Virus record (IMG/VR): IMGVR_UViG_3300042458_002038
Coordinates: 1-64,000 of that record
DNA length: 64,000 nt
Direction: 5' to 3' (one strand)
From: a virus
Shown here: in pieces, positions 46,688 through 56,014 of the stretch
Numbering within the stretch: position 1 is the first letter of the stretch
Layout of the letters: each line of letters opens with the position of its first letter
Position numbers and translations under genes: made by a program
Notes under the pieces: model-generated
What the model was told of the DNA's origin: nothing
The model's input: only the letters and a program-made list of their open reading frames with translations
Database searches by the model: none

Positions 46688-47130
46688 GGCATCATCTTTA
46701 CAGCAGTCACAATGTCAGATTCGTGAAAGATATGCAGCATTGGGCTTCCGTCAAGCCAAACAGCATCATCAACATACAATCCATACCCATATACCCTCTG
46801 TAGTGTACTCAAGTCACGAACGCTAAAGCCAAGCAGTTCATCAAGTACAATCTCAGGTTTTTCCCACTCAAAGCTTTGCATAGTAAACTTCTTTTGATTG
46901 TTGCGATATTCGTCCAATCCTTCAATCCAATATTCTTGCAGATATACATAAGTGCTGCTGCTGTTGAGACTGGTTTTTCTTACAGTATATTCTTGCCCTG
47001 GCACAAGAAGAGTCTTTTCGTCCTCAATCACATTGGTAAAATATCCCCATTGTGCTGGAGCCTTAAAAGTAATCTTTTGCCCAGGCAGTGGGAGTCCATG
47101 TAACACGCTATATTTGTCAAACATACTCAT
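46684..47130 (-). CDS. hypothetical protein
   Basis: Coupled ORF. Confidence 0.6.
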   Translation of the reverse strand: MSMFDKYSVLHGLPLPGQKITFKAPAQWGYFTNVIEDEKTLLVPGQEYTVRKTSLNSSSTYVYLQEYWIEGLDEYRNNQKKFTMQSFEWEKPEIVLDELLGFSVRDLSTLQRVYGYGLYVDDAVWLDGSPMLHIFHESDIVTAVKMMP

Positions 47131-47546
47131 AGGAGTGGTAGTAGTGAAGTTATACCGTGAAAGCGGTCATCATAGTGTGGACCAATTGCAACGCAGGTTT
47201 TTGTTGGCACACCGCCAAACTCAGTTGTGCCATTATCGGTTATCAGATGTGAGGTTAATCCTGCAGCCTTTGAAGCTGCATGAACAGCTTCAAGAGCGGC
47301 TTCACTCTCAACATAGCAAGTGATCTTTCGAAAAGAATGCTTCAACCAATGATCAATTTCATCAGCGTGTGTTTCACTCCAAATGGTATCGGTGCAAAAC
47401 CAATATTCATGTGTAGCTGCTAAGCGCTCTTTGCGCATACGCTCAGTTAGAAATGCCATGCTGGCATGACTGCCTTGTGCAACCATTTTTCCTTTGCGCA
47501 TATTAAGATCCTTGCGCATTACAATTACCTGTTTAGTGCTCTTCAT
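47127..47546 (-). CDS. pth2: peptidyl-tRNA hydrolase type 2
   Basis: KQVIVMRKDLNMRKGKMVAQGSHAS, W....RKI, ITDNGTTEF..PTKTCVAIGP, L.LL end. Confidence 0.92.
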   Translation of the reverse strand: MKSTKQVIVMRKDLNMRKGKMVAQGSHASMAFLTERMRKERLAATHEYWFCTDTIWSETHADEIDHWLKHSFRKITCYVESEAALEAVHAASKAAGLTSHLITDNGTTEFGGVPTKTCVAIGPHYDDRFHGITSLLPLL

Positions 47547-48066
47547 TGTGTAGTGTATTTAGAAAATGTTTTACATCCTTTTCAAATGTACAGTCAGGAT
47601 AGGTTAAGCCATAGTATGCTTGCACATGATGATAGCGGCTGTGGTCAATACCAATCAGTCTCATCTTTTCGATGTTATGGCTGGGATGCAGATTGTCAAT
47701 AAGTACATTGTGCGTGTGTGATAGCGTCGCATGTGGAAGCGTTGTTCTTGAGCCGTATGCTAACTGATACTCATGTTGTTGCAACGTTTCACGCGTAAGA
47801 ATATGACTATCATCAAAGTTCCATCCAGCCAGCTCTGATATTTTACTAGCATAATCTCGAGTACTAGCTGTAAGAATATAAACATTCTCATGCCCCAATA
47901 ACTCTCGACTATACTCAATAAGAGATACAGCCGCCGGGCGCACCTTTGTATAGTACTTGTGCCGGTCGCCATCAAGTGTAAACATAAAGTGATGGCCCTC
48001 AAAATCTGCATTAAATGACGTATGCATTAAGCATTCATCAATGTCCCAAAATATATTCTTAATCAT
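47533..48066 (-). CDS. HAD phosphatase (FCP1/NIF-like)
   Basis: FWDIDECLMHT, VRP, ILTAS..YA, LIDN. Confidence 0.78.
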   Translation of the reverse strand: MIKNIFWDIDECLMHTSFNADFEGHHFMFTLDGDRHKYYTKVRPAAVSLIEYSRELLGHENVYILTASTRDYASKISELAGWNFDDSHILTRETLQQHEYQLAYGSRTTLPHATLSHTHNVLIDNLHPSHNIEKMRLIGIDHSRYHHVQAYYGLTYPDCTFEKDVKHFLNTLHNEEH

Positions 48067-48281
48067 ACTGCTGTTGTAATATCCCAATGATGTATAAACT
48101 CTTTAAATCCACCGCGCCATTCCCACGATCCATCTCTTAATATGAAATCACCAGCGCCTTCAATATCAGCAGCTACAAGTTGAGCTTCACAATGGCGATC
48201 AGTTAATCCCCAACTTGTATACTTGCGACCCATAATGATTGGGTATTTCTCCAATAGTGTTTTTTGTATAATGTTGTCCAT
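48063..48281 (-). CDS. hypothetical protein
   Basis: Coupled ORF. Confidence 0.5.
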   Translation of the reverse strand: MDNIIQKTLLEKYPIIMGRKYTSWGLTDRHCEAQLVAADIEGAGDFILRDGSWEWRGGFKEFIHHWDITTAV

Positions 48282-48441
48282 TTTTACCAATGATGTATTG
48301 CGTTTGCTATAATAAAACCGCAGGTGATTAGATTTATAATCCAAAAGAATGATCTGATAGCTGCTGCAGCATCTGCTTCACCGCTGTCATTACTAATCTT
48401 ATTGCCCATGGTTTTACACCATACACGCCATGCTCTCTTCA

Positions 48442-48714
48442 TTAAAATTCGTCTAGGTAATCTTGTTGGTATTCGTTGACGCCGCATTCTTTGCATTGAT
48501 CCCACAGTAGTCCAAGACCAGGTCCTTCCCAATCTCCGCATTTTAAATAGGCACAATAGCCATTTTCTTGGGTTGGCTTGGTAGGGTCACGATCCCAAAA
48601 AGGACACAGTTGCATCTTGCCAGCAGCATCACGCGTATAGCAATATGATCCTTCGGGAATCATGCTCTTGCATTGTTCAGCTGTCAATTTTAATGTATAT
48701 GTTTCAATTCCCAT
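48442..48714 (-). CDS. Cys-rich hypothetical protein
   Basis: IP.G.YCY, CPFW, GYC.YL, LLWDQCKECG. Confidence 0.65.
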   Translation of the reverse strand: MGIETYTLKLTAEQCKSMIPEGSYCYTRDAAGKMQLCPFWDRDPTKPTQENGYCAYLKCGDWEGPGLGLLWDQCKECGVNEYQQDYLDEF

Positions 48715-48973
48715 CTTCAGATATAAGCTGATATTCTAAACGATACTTACACAATGTGAATTCAAGAAAATTCTCTAGTGCATAGCGGTCTCCATTACTG
48801 TCAACGCTATCAAGCAGATCAGCTTTACACATTCTATCATTAGTATAAAAATAAGAGGTGTGTGGAAGAACACTCGAATAAACAAAATGTACTCCTCCTA
48901 AAGCATCGACATGCGTGCACGCATAGCGGCCTGATGGTTTATGTTTGTATAGATATACCGTTTCCTCTTTCAT
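48704..48973 (-). CDS. hypothetical protein
   Basis: Coupled ORF. Confidence 0.5.
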   Translation of the reverse strand: MKEETVYLYKHKPSGRYACTHVDALGGVHFVYSSVLPHTSYFYTNDRMCKADLLDSVDSNGDRYALENFLEFTLCKYRLEYQLISEDGN

Positions 48974-49374
48974 TTTGTTAATGCTTTTGCAATTTCTTTA
49001 CGACCCCATTCGTTAGCACTGTGAATATAACACTTTGGTAACTGCACACCCGCAGCTTCACATTGTTGCACTAAGTATTGAGCACATGCGCGACCAGTCA
49101 GGTTCTTAAGATTGCCATATTCAATAACTCCAGTTTGCTGTGTGACGCTAAAGTAATGAATGATGTGTTCCTCATGCAAGTCATGGTCAAATGATACTGT
49201 CTTCGGAATCATATGTTTGACCATCAAACAAAATTCAGAATAGTCACGAACAATTACCCACTTGTCAGCTGCTATACCACTCTTGTCCGTCAGCTTGCAT
49301 TTGTCATCATAAAGATATGCTGCTTCAGGATTGCGCAGGTCATCAAGAAAAAGGTTATATGAGGTAAGAGCCAT
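48970..49374 (-). CDS. cyclic-phosphate-processing receiver domain protein
   Basis: LFLDDLRNP, W.IVRDY, SFDHDL, TG..CA, HSAN..G. Confidence 0.8.
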   Translation of the reverse strand: MALTSYNLFLDDLRNPEAAYLYDDKCKLTDKSGIAADKWVIVRDYSEFCLMVKHMIPKTVSFDHDLHEEHIIHYFSVTQQTGVIEYGNLKNLTGRACAQYLVQQCEAAGVQLPKCYIHSANEWGRKEIAKALTK

Positions 49375-49546
49375 TTGATTGTGTACCAAATATATTGTAT
49401 ACCTGCTCAAAGAATGCGCGTGTCATTTTTTCATTGTTTGGCGATTCAATTTCCTCAAGCAATGGATTGGTCAATACATCTTGATCAGCCAAACCATATT
49501 CGCGTTTCCATTCTTTAAGCGTCTTTTTTTCGTTTTCTAAATTCAT
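49355..49546 (-). CDS. hypothetical protein
   Basis: Coupled ORF. Confidence 0.5.
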   Translation of the reverse strand: MNLENEKKTLKEWKREYGLADQDVLTNPLLEEIESPNNEKMTRAFFEQVYNIFGTQSNGSYLI

Positions 49547-49749
49547 ATTGTGTTTTTATTTAATAGTTCGCAAAATTCCTTATATGATATTGGAGTATCA
49601 TCTGCAACAATCACTGTCACATTTTCATCATAGTGTAACCAGTCAGCTACGCTTTTCTTGCTGAAAGCTTTATCCCAATTGGACCGCCCTTCACTGCTGA
49701 GAATGCCGCTCTTAATTTCAGCACCTGTTATATCATTCTTACTTGCCAT
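49543..49749 (-). CDS. hypothetical protein
   Basis: MASKNDITG..I......NWD..F pattern. Confidence 0.6.
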   Translation of the reverse strand: MASKNDITGAEIKSGILSSEGRSNWDKAFSKKSVADWLHYDENVTVIVADDTPISYKEFCELLNKNTI

Positions 49750-49954
49750 AAAGGTTTTCCTTTACCATTTGAGAATAAGAATCTTCATGTTCATAGCTAT
49801 TAAAAATGTAATCAAAAAGCCATGAGTTGTCTTCATCAAGATCACACTCTTCACATAGAGTAGAGTATACGGTTTCTTGAAGTTTGTTTAAATCGCTTAT
49901 TGCGCTGCGCGCAGTTTCAATCTTCGCTATCTGTTCTTGTGTTAACTTTTTCAT
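49739..49954 (-). CDS. hypothetical protein
   Basis: Coupled ORF. Confidence 0.55.
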   Translation of the reverse strand: MKKLTQEQIAKIETARSAISDLNKLQETVYSTLCEECDLDEDNSWLFDYIFNSYEHEDSYSQMVKENLYGK

Positions 49955-50067
49955 ATCTTTCAGTTGATCTGTTCAATGCAAGTGCATAATTTAATTGTTT
50001 AATAGTCCGAGCATCACTATAAAAAGTTTTGCCTCGGAAAGTATACAATTCTTGTTTAGTTGTTTCT

Positions 50068-50772
50068 TCAGTACCATCGGTCATATTTTTTTCTATATTC
50101 GTTTATGAGATTTTGAGTTTTAGACAGTTTGATTGCAAGATCTTCAATGCCGAAAATTGGCTGATCTTCAATCAGTACTGCTTCGATGTTGTCAATAAGA
50201 CGCTGCTCAGCATTTGGATTTTTATGACGCATTTCATGACATCGCGCGCGATTTTCAGCCATGGCCGCTTCTCTCGCAGTACGGCGATCCTCAATTTCTT
50301 GTTGTGTATATTTGACTGGTAGTGTATGTTCGCTCTGCGAAATTTGAATCAGTTGCCCATTTTGAAACAATGATTTATATTCAACCCAACCATCCGCAAA
50401 CATATCTTGTTGATAGTCATCACCAGTTTTTTTATCAGCATGAGGATAACTGTCATAAAAATGAACCGCTCCGTTAAAGTGAAGACACGGTTCTGTCCAT
50501 TCGCGAACTACTTTACTGTAGCCGCGATTAAACAATGCCTCTATTGGAGTTGCATCCTCTTTTACATTTTCAGGCGTGTCGACCCATTCGTATTGCTTAC
50601 AGTCAGCCAACAAGTATCCGTCTGCAGTAATGCTGTATGAAGTCATGCTTTGATCTGGCGTATCTTTAGTTTGAAACGCAATGTCTCCGACACTTTTGCC
50701 CCAGCGATCAATCAATGCCTGTGGGCACGAAGGCAGTGGATATTCACAATGTATATAGTCAAAAAGTCCCAT
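50068..50772 (-). CDS. hypothetical protein
   Basis: MGLFDYI.C..PLP..FQTKD..W.EY...F..G phage family pattern. Confidence 0.7.
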   Translation of the reverse strand: MGLFDYIHCEYPLPSCPQALIDRWGKSVGDIAFQTKDTPDQSMTSYSITADGYLLADCKQYEWVDTPENVKEDATPIEALFNRGYSKVVREWTEPCLHFNGAVHFYDSYPHADKKTGDDYQQDMFADGWVEYKSLFQNGQLIQISQSEHTLPVKYTQQEIEDRRTAREAAMAENRARCHEMRHKNPNAEQRLIDNIEAVLIEDQPIFGIEDLAIKLSKTQNLINEYRKKYDRWY

Positions 50773-50808
50773 AGTATTATATATTAAGCGGTTTATTTTT
50801 CAAACAGT

Positions 50809-51993
50809 TTAGTCCTTATACGGATCATACACATCGGCACCTGCCATAGCAACGCCTAATGGCTTCAGCTGATGTAGGATTTGCACGGTATCACCTTGAG
50901 CAGCCAACACATCGGTCAAACGCTTGTAGGCATGTGGGCTTTCATCACATCCTCCACCACGCAGCTCAACATTTGCATCGGATAGCCATTGGTCCATCAT
51001 GTGTTGTGAAACTTTACCTTCACTAACACGAACTTTTTGACCGCCTTTCCATTTGCATTTGCCAGCAGCTTCAGTACGGCTCATGACACGACCAGCACCA
51101 TGAACGGTTGAATAGAGTGCAGCTGCCGACAAGTCGCTTTGCGCACCTTGCAAGATAACACTGTTTTCTCCCATGGTACCACCAACAAATCCACGTTGCC
51201 CTGGCCAAGCTGGAGTTGCACCTTTACGAACAACCCACAGGTCAACACCTTGATGCTGTTCGCGCCAAGCATAGTTGTGGTGATTGTGAACTTCATCAAT
51301 GATGTCGGCAGACAGGATTCGTGCAACTTCAGCGCACACCCAATCACGACCAGCATATGCATAGTCACCTGCCAATTGCATTGCAGCGATATATTCACGA
51401 CCAAGATCGGTATGCACATCAAGCAACACTGGATCCACAAGGATTCCATCAGTCCCACCGCCAGCTTTGATGTAATGCGAAGCAATTTTGTGGCCAAGAC
51501 CGCGGCTGCCAAAGTGAACGCCAATCCAGATACGCTCCGCTTCATCTGCAAAGATGTCAACATAATGGTTGCCGCTGCCTACAGTACCCAATTGACCGCG
51601 AGCCATATCTTTAAGAGGGCTCAGCATTTCAATGTCAGACCATTGATCAGCATCAAACAATTCATGGTCAACTTTGGTTTTGTTTACACGACCAATTCCA
51701 AACGAGACATTGGCTACAACTTCATCCATGATGCGTGAAATATCACCTTTCACGTCGGAAAGAGTAGCGTTGGTAAGCACTGCTTTGTTGCCACAGCCAA
51801 TGTCAAAACCTACACCGCTTGGCGAGATGTGATCACGATAAGCAATCACACCGCCCACAGGAACGGCATAACCTAGATGATGATCGGCCATCAAAGCGGC
51901 AGCATGCGCACCTTTGCGCAAGCAGTTGTCCATTTGATCCACTGCGTTTTGCAATGGGTCTCCAAATACTGAGATGTTGTTTAAAACTTTCAT
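50809..51993 (-). CDS. rtcB: RNA 2',3'-cyclic phosphate/5'-OH ligase
   Basis: DHHLGYAVPVGG, VGFDIGCG, QLGTVGSGNHY, HFGSRG, HNHHN, RKGATPA, HGAGR.MSR, DESPHAYK. Confidence 0.95.
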   Translation of the reverse strand: MKVLNNISVFGDPLQNAVDQMDNCLRKGAHAAALMADHHLGYAVPVGGVIAYRDHISPSGVGFDIGCGNKAVLTNATLSDVKGDISRIMDEVVANVSFGIGRVNKTKVDHELFDADQWSDIEMLSPLKDMARGQLGTVGSGNHYVDIFADEAERIWIGVHFGSRGLGHKIASHYIKAGGGTDGILVDPVLLDVHTDLGREYIAAMQLAGDYAYAGRDWVCAEVARILSADIIDEVHNHHNYAWREQHQGVDLWVVRKGATPAWPGQRGFVGGTMGENSVILQGAQSDLSAAALYSTVHGAGRVMSRTEAAGKCKWKGGQKVRVSEGKVSQHMMDQWLSDANVELRGGGCDESPHAYKRLTDVLAAQGDTVQILHQLKPLGVAMAGADVYDPYKD

Positions 51994-51997
51994 AATG

Positions 51998-52330
51998 TTA
52001 TTGAGCTGCGATCATGCGATCGTCTTCTACGGTAAATTCGTTCCATTCATCGCCTTCTTCTGAGTAACTTTCAAGGTCAAGGTTCTCTTGCCATTCTTCA
52101 TTTTGTTCAACTCCATTTTGGATAAACTCAAAAAGAAGCTCAACTGCGCCTGGGTTGTCAGCGAGAAAATTGACAATGTAATGTTGACCGATAAACTGCC
52201 CTTGGCGGTAGCCTAGATCTTCACAAAGGCTTTCAAGGTTGCGAACGCCTTCACATCCTTCGGTGCGGAGACGGCCATGAAAGCGATCTTCAAGGTAAGC
52301 ATCATACAATTCGTTGGTATCTTTGGTCAT
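51998..52330 (-). CDS. acidic hypothetical protein
   Basis: EG..GVRNLE.L...LGY..FL.DNPGAVE. Confidence 0.65.
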   Translation of the reverse strand: MTKDTNELYDAYLEDRFHGRLRTEGCEGVRNLESLCEDLGYRQGQFIGQHYIVNFLADNPGAVELLFEFIQNGVEQNEEWQENLDLESYSEEGDEWNEFTVEDDRMIAAQ

Positions 52331-52349
52331 AATATAGTGTGTGTTAAGA

Positions 52350-52535
52350 TTAGCGGTTGCCGGTTTCGGCTGTGTCCTTCAGAGTAGCAAAGAAACTGTA
52401 TGCAAAGGTGAGGCCGAGTGCAGCCCACAATGCATTCACATTGTACTCTTGAGGAATGATGTTAGCTTGATGAACAAGAAGATAAACGCCGATGTGGGCA
52501 AGTGCGGCGATGGCTGTAAGTAGTGCAATTTTCAT
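52350..52535 (-). CDS. small two-helix membrane protein
   Basis: Two hydrophobic segments. Confidence 0.55.
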   Translation of the reverse strand: MKIALLTAIAALAHIGVYLLVHQANIIPQEYNVNALWAALGLTFAYSFFATLKDTAETGNR

Positions 52536-52545
52536 AATGTATTTT

Positions 52546-52680
52546 TTATCGGCAGGCTTTCTTTGAGCCTTCTTTTTTTCGGTCTTTAAAGTAAACGGTG
52601 GCTGGAGCAGATTTATGGCGAGTCAATGCACGTAGTGCAATTGGGCTATAGTCAAAGGTGAGGCTTTTGTTCTTTTTCAT
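52546..52680 (-). CDS. small basic protein
   Basis: MKKNK...KDRKKEGSKKACR. Confidence 0.5.
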   Translation of the reverse strand: MKKNKSLTFDYSPIALRALTRHKSAPATVYFKDRKKEGSKKACR

Positions 52681-52681
52681 A

Positions 52682-52882
52682 TTAAAAACCAGCGGTGTTG
52701 ATGCTTGCTTTTTGAAGGCGGTCAAACTCTTCGGTAATGACGCTTTGATATTCGCTTTCAGTGTCGGTGCTTTCCTTGACCGAAACGCTTTTGACAAATT
52801 CGGCTTCAGCTGCGTGGCGCTTAGCGATTTGGGCGATCAGATTCTTACGGGCGGCGAGAGCAGGAGTGGAAGTATTTTTCAT
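52682..52882 (-). CDS. hypothetical early protein
   Basis: Preceded by TAAGGAAAC. Confidence 0.6.
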   Translation of the reverse strand: MKNTSTPALAARKNLIAQIAKRHAAEAEFVKSVSVKESTDTESEYQSVITEEFDRLQKASINTAGF

Positions 52883-52911
52883 AATGTTGTGGTGTTTCCT
52901 TACAAGATTGT

Positions 52912-53028
52912 TTAGTTTTTATTTGAACGCTGATTGAGGCAAAGGCAGGCTGCCATTACAACGGTTTGCACCATGATTGCTACGAAGAAGATAATCAGTA
53001 CAGATTCAAGCGTTTGGTCGAGATTCAT
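52912..53028 (-). CDS. 38-aa single-pass membrane peptide
   Basis: MNLDQTLESVLIIFFVAIMVQTVVMAACLCLNQRSNKN, first ORF after the promoter. Confidence 0.5.
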   Translation of the reverse strand: MNLDQTLESVLIIFFVAIMVQTVVMAACLCLNQRSNKN

Positions 53029-53066
53029 ATTTTGTGGTGGTTTGTGGCGGATTGCCTTACGAGATT

Positions 53067-53152
53067 ATTATACACTAAAAAATCCCACATGTAAAGGACT
53101 TTTTTCAGTAAAAATGCATATTTTTGCATTTTTGTTGAAAATCAACGAGTTA
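53067..53152 (-). promoter_or_regulatory. early promoter module with IHF-like site
   Basis: TTTACA-N17-TATAAT (53067-53095); AATCAACGAGTTA at 53140-53152. Confidence 0.78.
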
Positions 53153-53162
53153 CAGAGGCATA

Positions 53163-53206
53163 AAAAATCCTCGGGCCGCAAGATTTTGCAGATTCCGAGG
53201 ATTTTT
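53163..53206 (-). terminator. intrinsic terminator
   Basis: AAAAATCCTCGG/CCGAGGATTTTT hairpin after the late gene. Confidence 0.65.
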
Positions 53207-53222
53207 GGCAGTTTTAGGAGAA

Positions 53223-53459
53223 TCAGATGATTCCACGGGCCTTGAGCGTAACTTTGCTATAGTCCTTCAGTAAAGCCTTGATTTGAGCAGGCGAAAGTTT
53301 AGGCTTTACTGGGACTTCAGGAGAAGGAGAAGGAATTGCGGTTTTAGCAGTTTTGACGGCAGGAGTTTTAGCAGCCTTGACAGCTTTCTTTTTGTCAGTT
53401 GCAATTACTGTAGTTTCTTCTGCGACATTAGGATCGGTGATAATATTTTTATTAGCCAT
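53223..53459 (-). CDS. small K/A/P-rich late protein
   Basis: Late promoter at 53465-53472. Confidence 0.6.
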   Translation of the reverse strand: MANKNIITDPNVAEETTVIATDKKKAVKAAKTPAVKTAKTAIPSPSPEVPVKPKLSPAQIKALLKDYSKVTLKARGII

Positions 53460-53467
53460 ACATTTAT

Positions 53468-54409
53468 TTATAAGCTTCGTACTGCAAAATCAATTGCTCT
53501 CGCACTTTCATTTTCCATTGGGCGGTTCTTATACCAGCCGCCAGTATCATTGTCTATATCTTTACACAGGCGCGCAACTTCAGCTGATGTAATAGGATAA
53601 CCTCTTTTCATTGCGTTTGCGGCAATACTCATCATAATCTTATACATCATATGATACCAGCCGCCAGCTTGGATGGTACGATACTCTGCAACCATTCGCT
53701 TGTTGACAAATGGGCAATCGGCATATGAAGTCCACTTGTATGATGTGTTGGTTAACTTTTCTTTGCGGTATTGCTCAATCTTACGACGCATTTCTTCAGG
53801 CAGTTTATCAGACAATGATAGGCGCTGAAGGTTACCAGTCCATGGATGCTTTGCCATAATCTCATACGGATCAATCATTGGCGCTTCACGGTTGCTAAAG
53901 ATAAACTTTTTGGAGTTTGGATAAAGTGCTGGCACATAATACATTCGGCTTAAGTCTTTGGTTTGAGGATCGCCCAATCCATTATACTCTTTATTTAAAG
54001 CATACCAAAGGTGACGTATGCGATCCGCCGGCACTTCACATGTAAGAGGCAATACCACTCTAAACTTTGGATGCTCGTCGGTTGAGCTGGCAGAGCTGTA
54101 ACATACATATCTCACATCTCTAAATACACTTATTGCATCCATCCAATGGCCTTCATATGTGTCAACATCAAGTGCCGCCCAACCAGCCCACGCTGTTACA
54201 TTAGCATTTGCTCGAGTAGTGCCAGCCGTAAATATCGCTGGACTAATAAGTGCACTGCCATCTTTACGCTCATCCTTCTTCGGCTTGTACCCAGGTTGAT
54301 CGCTCAACTTGTATAGCAATCTTTCAAATGCGTCCCATGTATTAAATGACAATTGACGGTGTGTCTTGTTGTCATAGATACTTTTAAAGATGGTCAGACT
54401 ATACTTCAT
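53468..54409 (-). CDS. primase-polymerase (AEP-like) protein
   Basis: LISPA, WAALDVD, YSSASS...PKFRVVLP, D.Q.KDLSRMYYVP. Confidence 0.7.
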   Translation of the reverse strand: MKYSLTIFKSIYDNKTHRQLSFNTWDAFERLLYKLSDQPGYKPKKDERKDGSALISPAIFTAGTTRANANVTAWAGWAALDVDTYEGHWMDAISVFRDVRYVCYSSASSTDEHPKFRVVLPLTCEVPADRIRHLWYALNKEYNGLGDPQTKDLSRMYYVPALYPNSKKFIFSNREAPMIDPYEIMAKHPWTGNLQRLSLSDKLPEEMRRKIEQYRKEKLTNTSYKWTSYADCPFVNKRMVAEYRTIQAGGWYHMMYKIMMSIAANAMKRGYPITSAEVARLCKDIDNDTGGWYKNRPMENESARAIDFAVRSL

Positions 54410-54918
54410 GCGTGATCAGCAAATGCTTTTTGGATAAGTCCATGATTGCCTGTATGATCTGGAGCGCACCAGTTGTCCGGTTTAATCAAATCAGGTAATG
54501 AAAGTGGGTTTGGTCTGCTCTCTTTAATTCCAACGCGCTTAGTCATGTTTGCTTGCAGCACTTCAAACCAGGCTTTTTGAAAATCAACTTGAAGCAGGTC
54601 TAGTGTACCAGCCGCTACAACAATAATATCTATCAGGCTGTCAACAATTTCTTCACTGTTGCGCTCAATGATTGCAGCCTTGCCTTCATTAACTTCTTCT
54701 TGCAAAAAGTCATAACGGAATTTGATAAAGCTGGTTAGATTATCAGCTGATAAGTTTTCAACTGCATCATTGACTCCATAATACTGATGCATCATATGCA
54801 TATCGGTACTAACGTCTTCTTCAACACGTTTGCCACAGGCCCAGAGTTCAAGAATCTGTTCCCAACGGTGTGCTGCTTGTCTTTGCATATGTGCTTCTGG
54901 TGTATTTGTGGTATTCAT
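54406..54918 (-). CDS. MazG-like dNTP pyrophosphatase (dCTPase/dUTPase candidate)
   Basis: LQEEVNE, EEIVDSLIDIIVV..GT, V..ANM.K, LPDLIKP..W. Confidence 0.8.
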   Translation of the reverse strand: MNTTNTPEAHMQRQAAHRWEQILELWACGKRVEEDVSTDMHMMHQYYGVNDAVENLSADNLTSFIKFRYDFLQEEVNEGKAAIIERNSEEIVDSLIDIIVVAAGTLDLLQVDFQKAWFEVLQANMTKRVGIKESRPNPLSLPDLIKPDNWCAPDHTGNHGLIQKAFADHA

Positions 54919-54931
54919 ATATTGTAATTTA

Positions 54932-56014
54932 TTAACAGAAAAAGTCTTCTAGACTTGCACGCGGTTCTGCGCTCCAGCCAATTGCATCAAGAATAAGTTC
55001 AAGTGGTTCAATGAAAGTCTTGTTGAACTGATGATCATAATTGACATACTTGTTCATATCAAATTCAACTGGCAGTGTATCCACAAATCCAATAACATTT
55101 TCGGCTGTTGGGTTGGGCATCTTGAGAGGAATGTATTTGATACGGTCACCGCTTTGGATTGGTTGATATGTATCGGATAATCCTTTCTGCTTAAGCATAT
55201 GATTATACATTAGAGCAGCACGCACATGCATTGGTGTACCTTTCTTATAGATGGTTTGTTTATCACGCCACTTTACAATATCAGTAATACCTCGTGGAAA
55301 AGCAACCTGTTCAATTGGGATGGTTGCAAAATGCGCACGAAACATTGCAATTGCAGCCTGCGTCTTAGCTTCATCCTCATTGATAATAATCTTAAAGATT
55401 TCCTTGAATGCGCCGCGGCATACTTTAGGAGTACTGCTTTTGATTGCTTCGATACCCATCATTTTGATTTTTGGTTCGGTATACTGCACTCCTTCATTGT
55501 TGTGAATATTAAGAATGTATCGCTTCTTAGCAGTCCAGATTCCACGGTCAGCAATAGCCTCCCGCTTCATAACCATTGCAGGTTTATAAACATTGGTAAG
55601 ATCGGCAAGGCTATCAAATGCTTTCTTAAGCATCGGCTCAACGGCCTTGCTGCCAAATTCATCAAGGAATGCAACTGGATTGTTGGGCTTAAACTTTTCA
55701 ATCACATCTTTTACGTGAATATACAAACTGTCCGTGTCAGCTGCAATAACTCGATCCACAACGCCGTCATCCTTAAGGAATTTGCTAAGCCAAACATTAG
55801 CATGCTCTTCAGCCCAGCGAATAACCAACTGACCAGTAAGAGTAATACCTTCAGCAACTGCAATATCAAAGTAACGGAAATAGTTGTTGCCGATAGCACC
55901 GTAAAGTGAATTGAGCAAAATCTTTAGACACATCTGTTCTGTCTCAAGACGTGAAATTTCGGTTTCAAGAACCGCAAGCTGTGATTTAAGTTGTGTATCA
56001 GTTAAGTGCGTCAT
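54932..56014 (-). CDS. gp43: DNA polymerase B, C-terminal subunit (gp43B)
   Basis: KILLNSLYGAIGN, ITLTGQ, ADTDS, MKREAI, KKRY, MGIE..KSSTP. Confidence 0.95.
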   Translation of the reverse strand: MTHLTDTQLKSQLAVLETEISRLETEQMCLKILLNSLYGAIGNNYFRYFDIAVAEGITLTGQLVIRWAEEHANVWLSKFLKDDGVVDRVIAADTDSLYIHVKDVIEKFKPNNPVAFLDEFGSKAVEPMLKKAFDSLADLTNVYKPAMVMKREAIADRGIWTAKKRYILNIHNNEGVQYTEPKIKMMGIEAIKSSTPKVCRGAFKEIFKIIINEDEAKTQAAIAMFRAHFATIPIEQVAFPRGITDIVKWRDKQTIYKKGTPMHVRAALMYNHMLKQKGLSDTYQPIQSGDRIKYIPLKMPNPTAENVIGFVDTLPVEFDMNKYVNYDHQFNKTFIEPLELILDAIGWSAEPRASLEDFFC

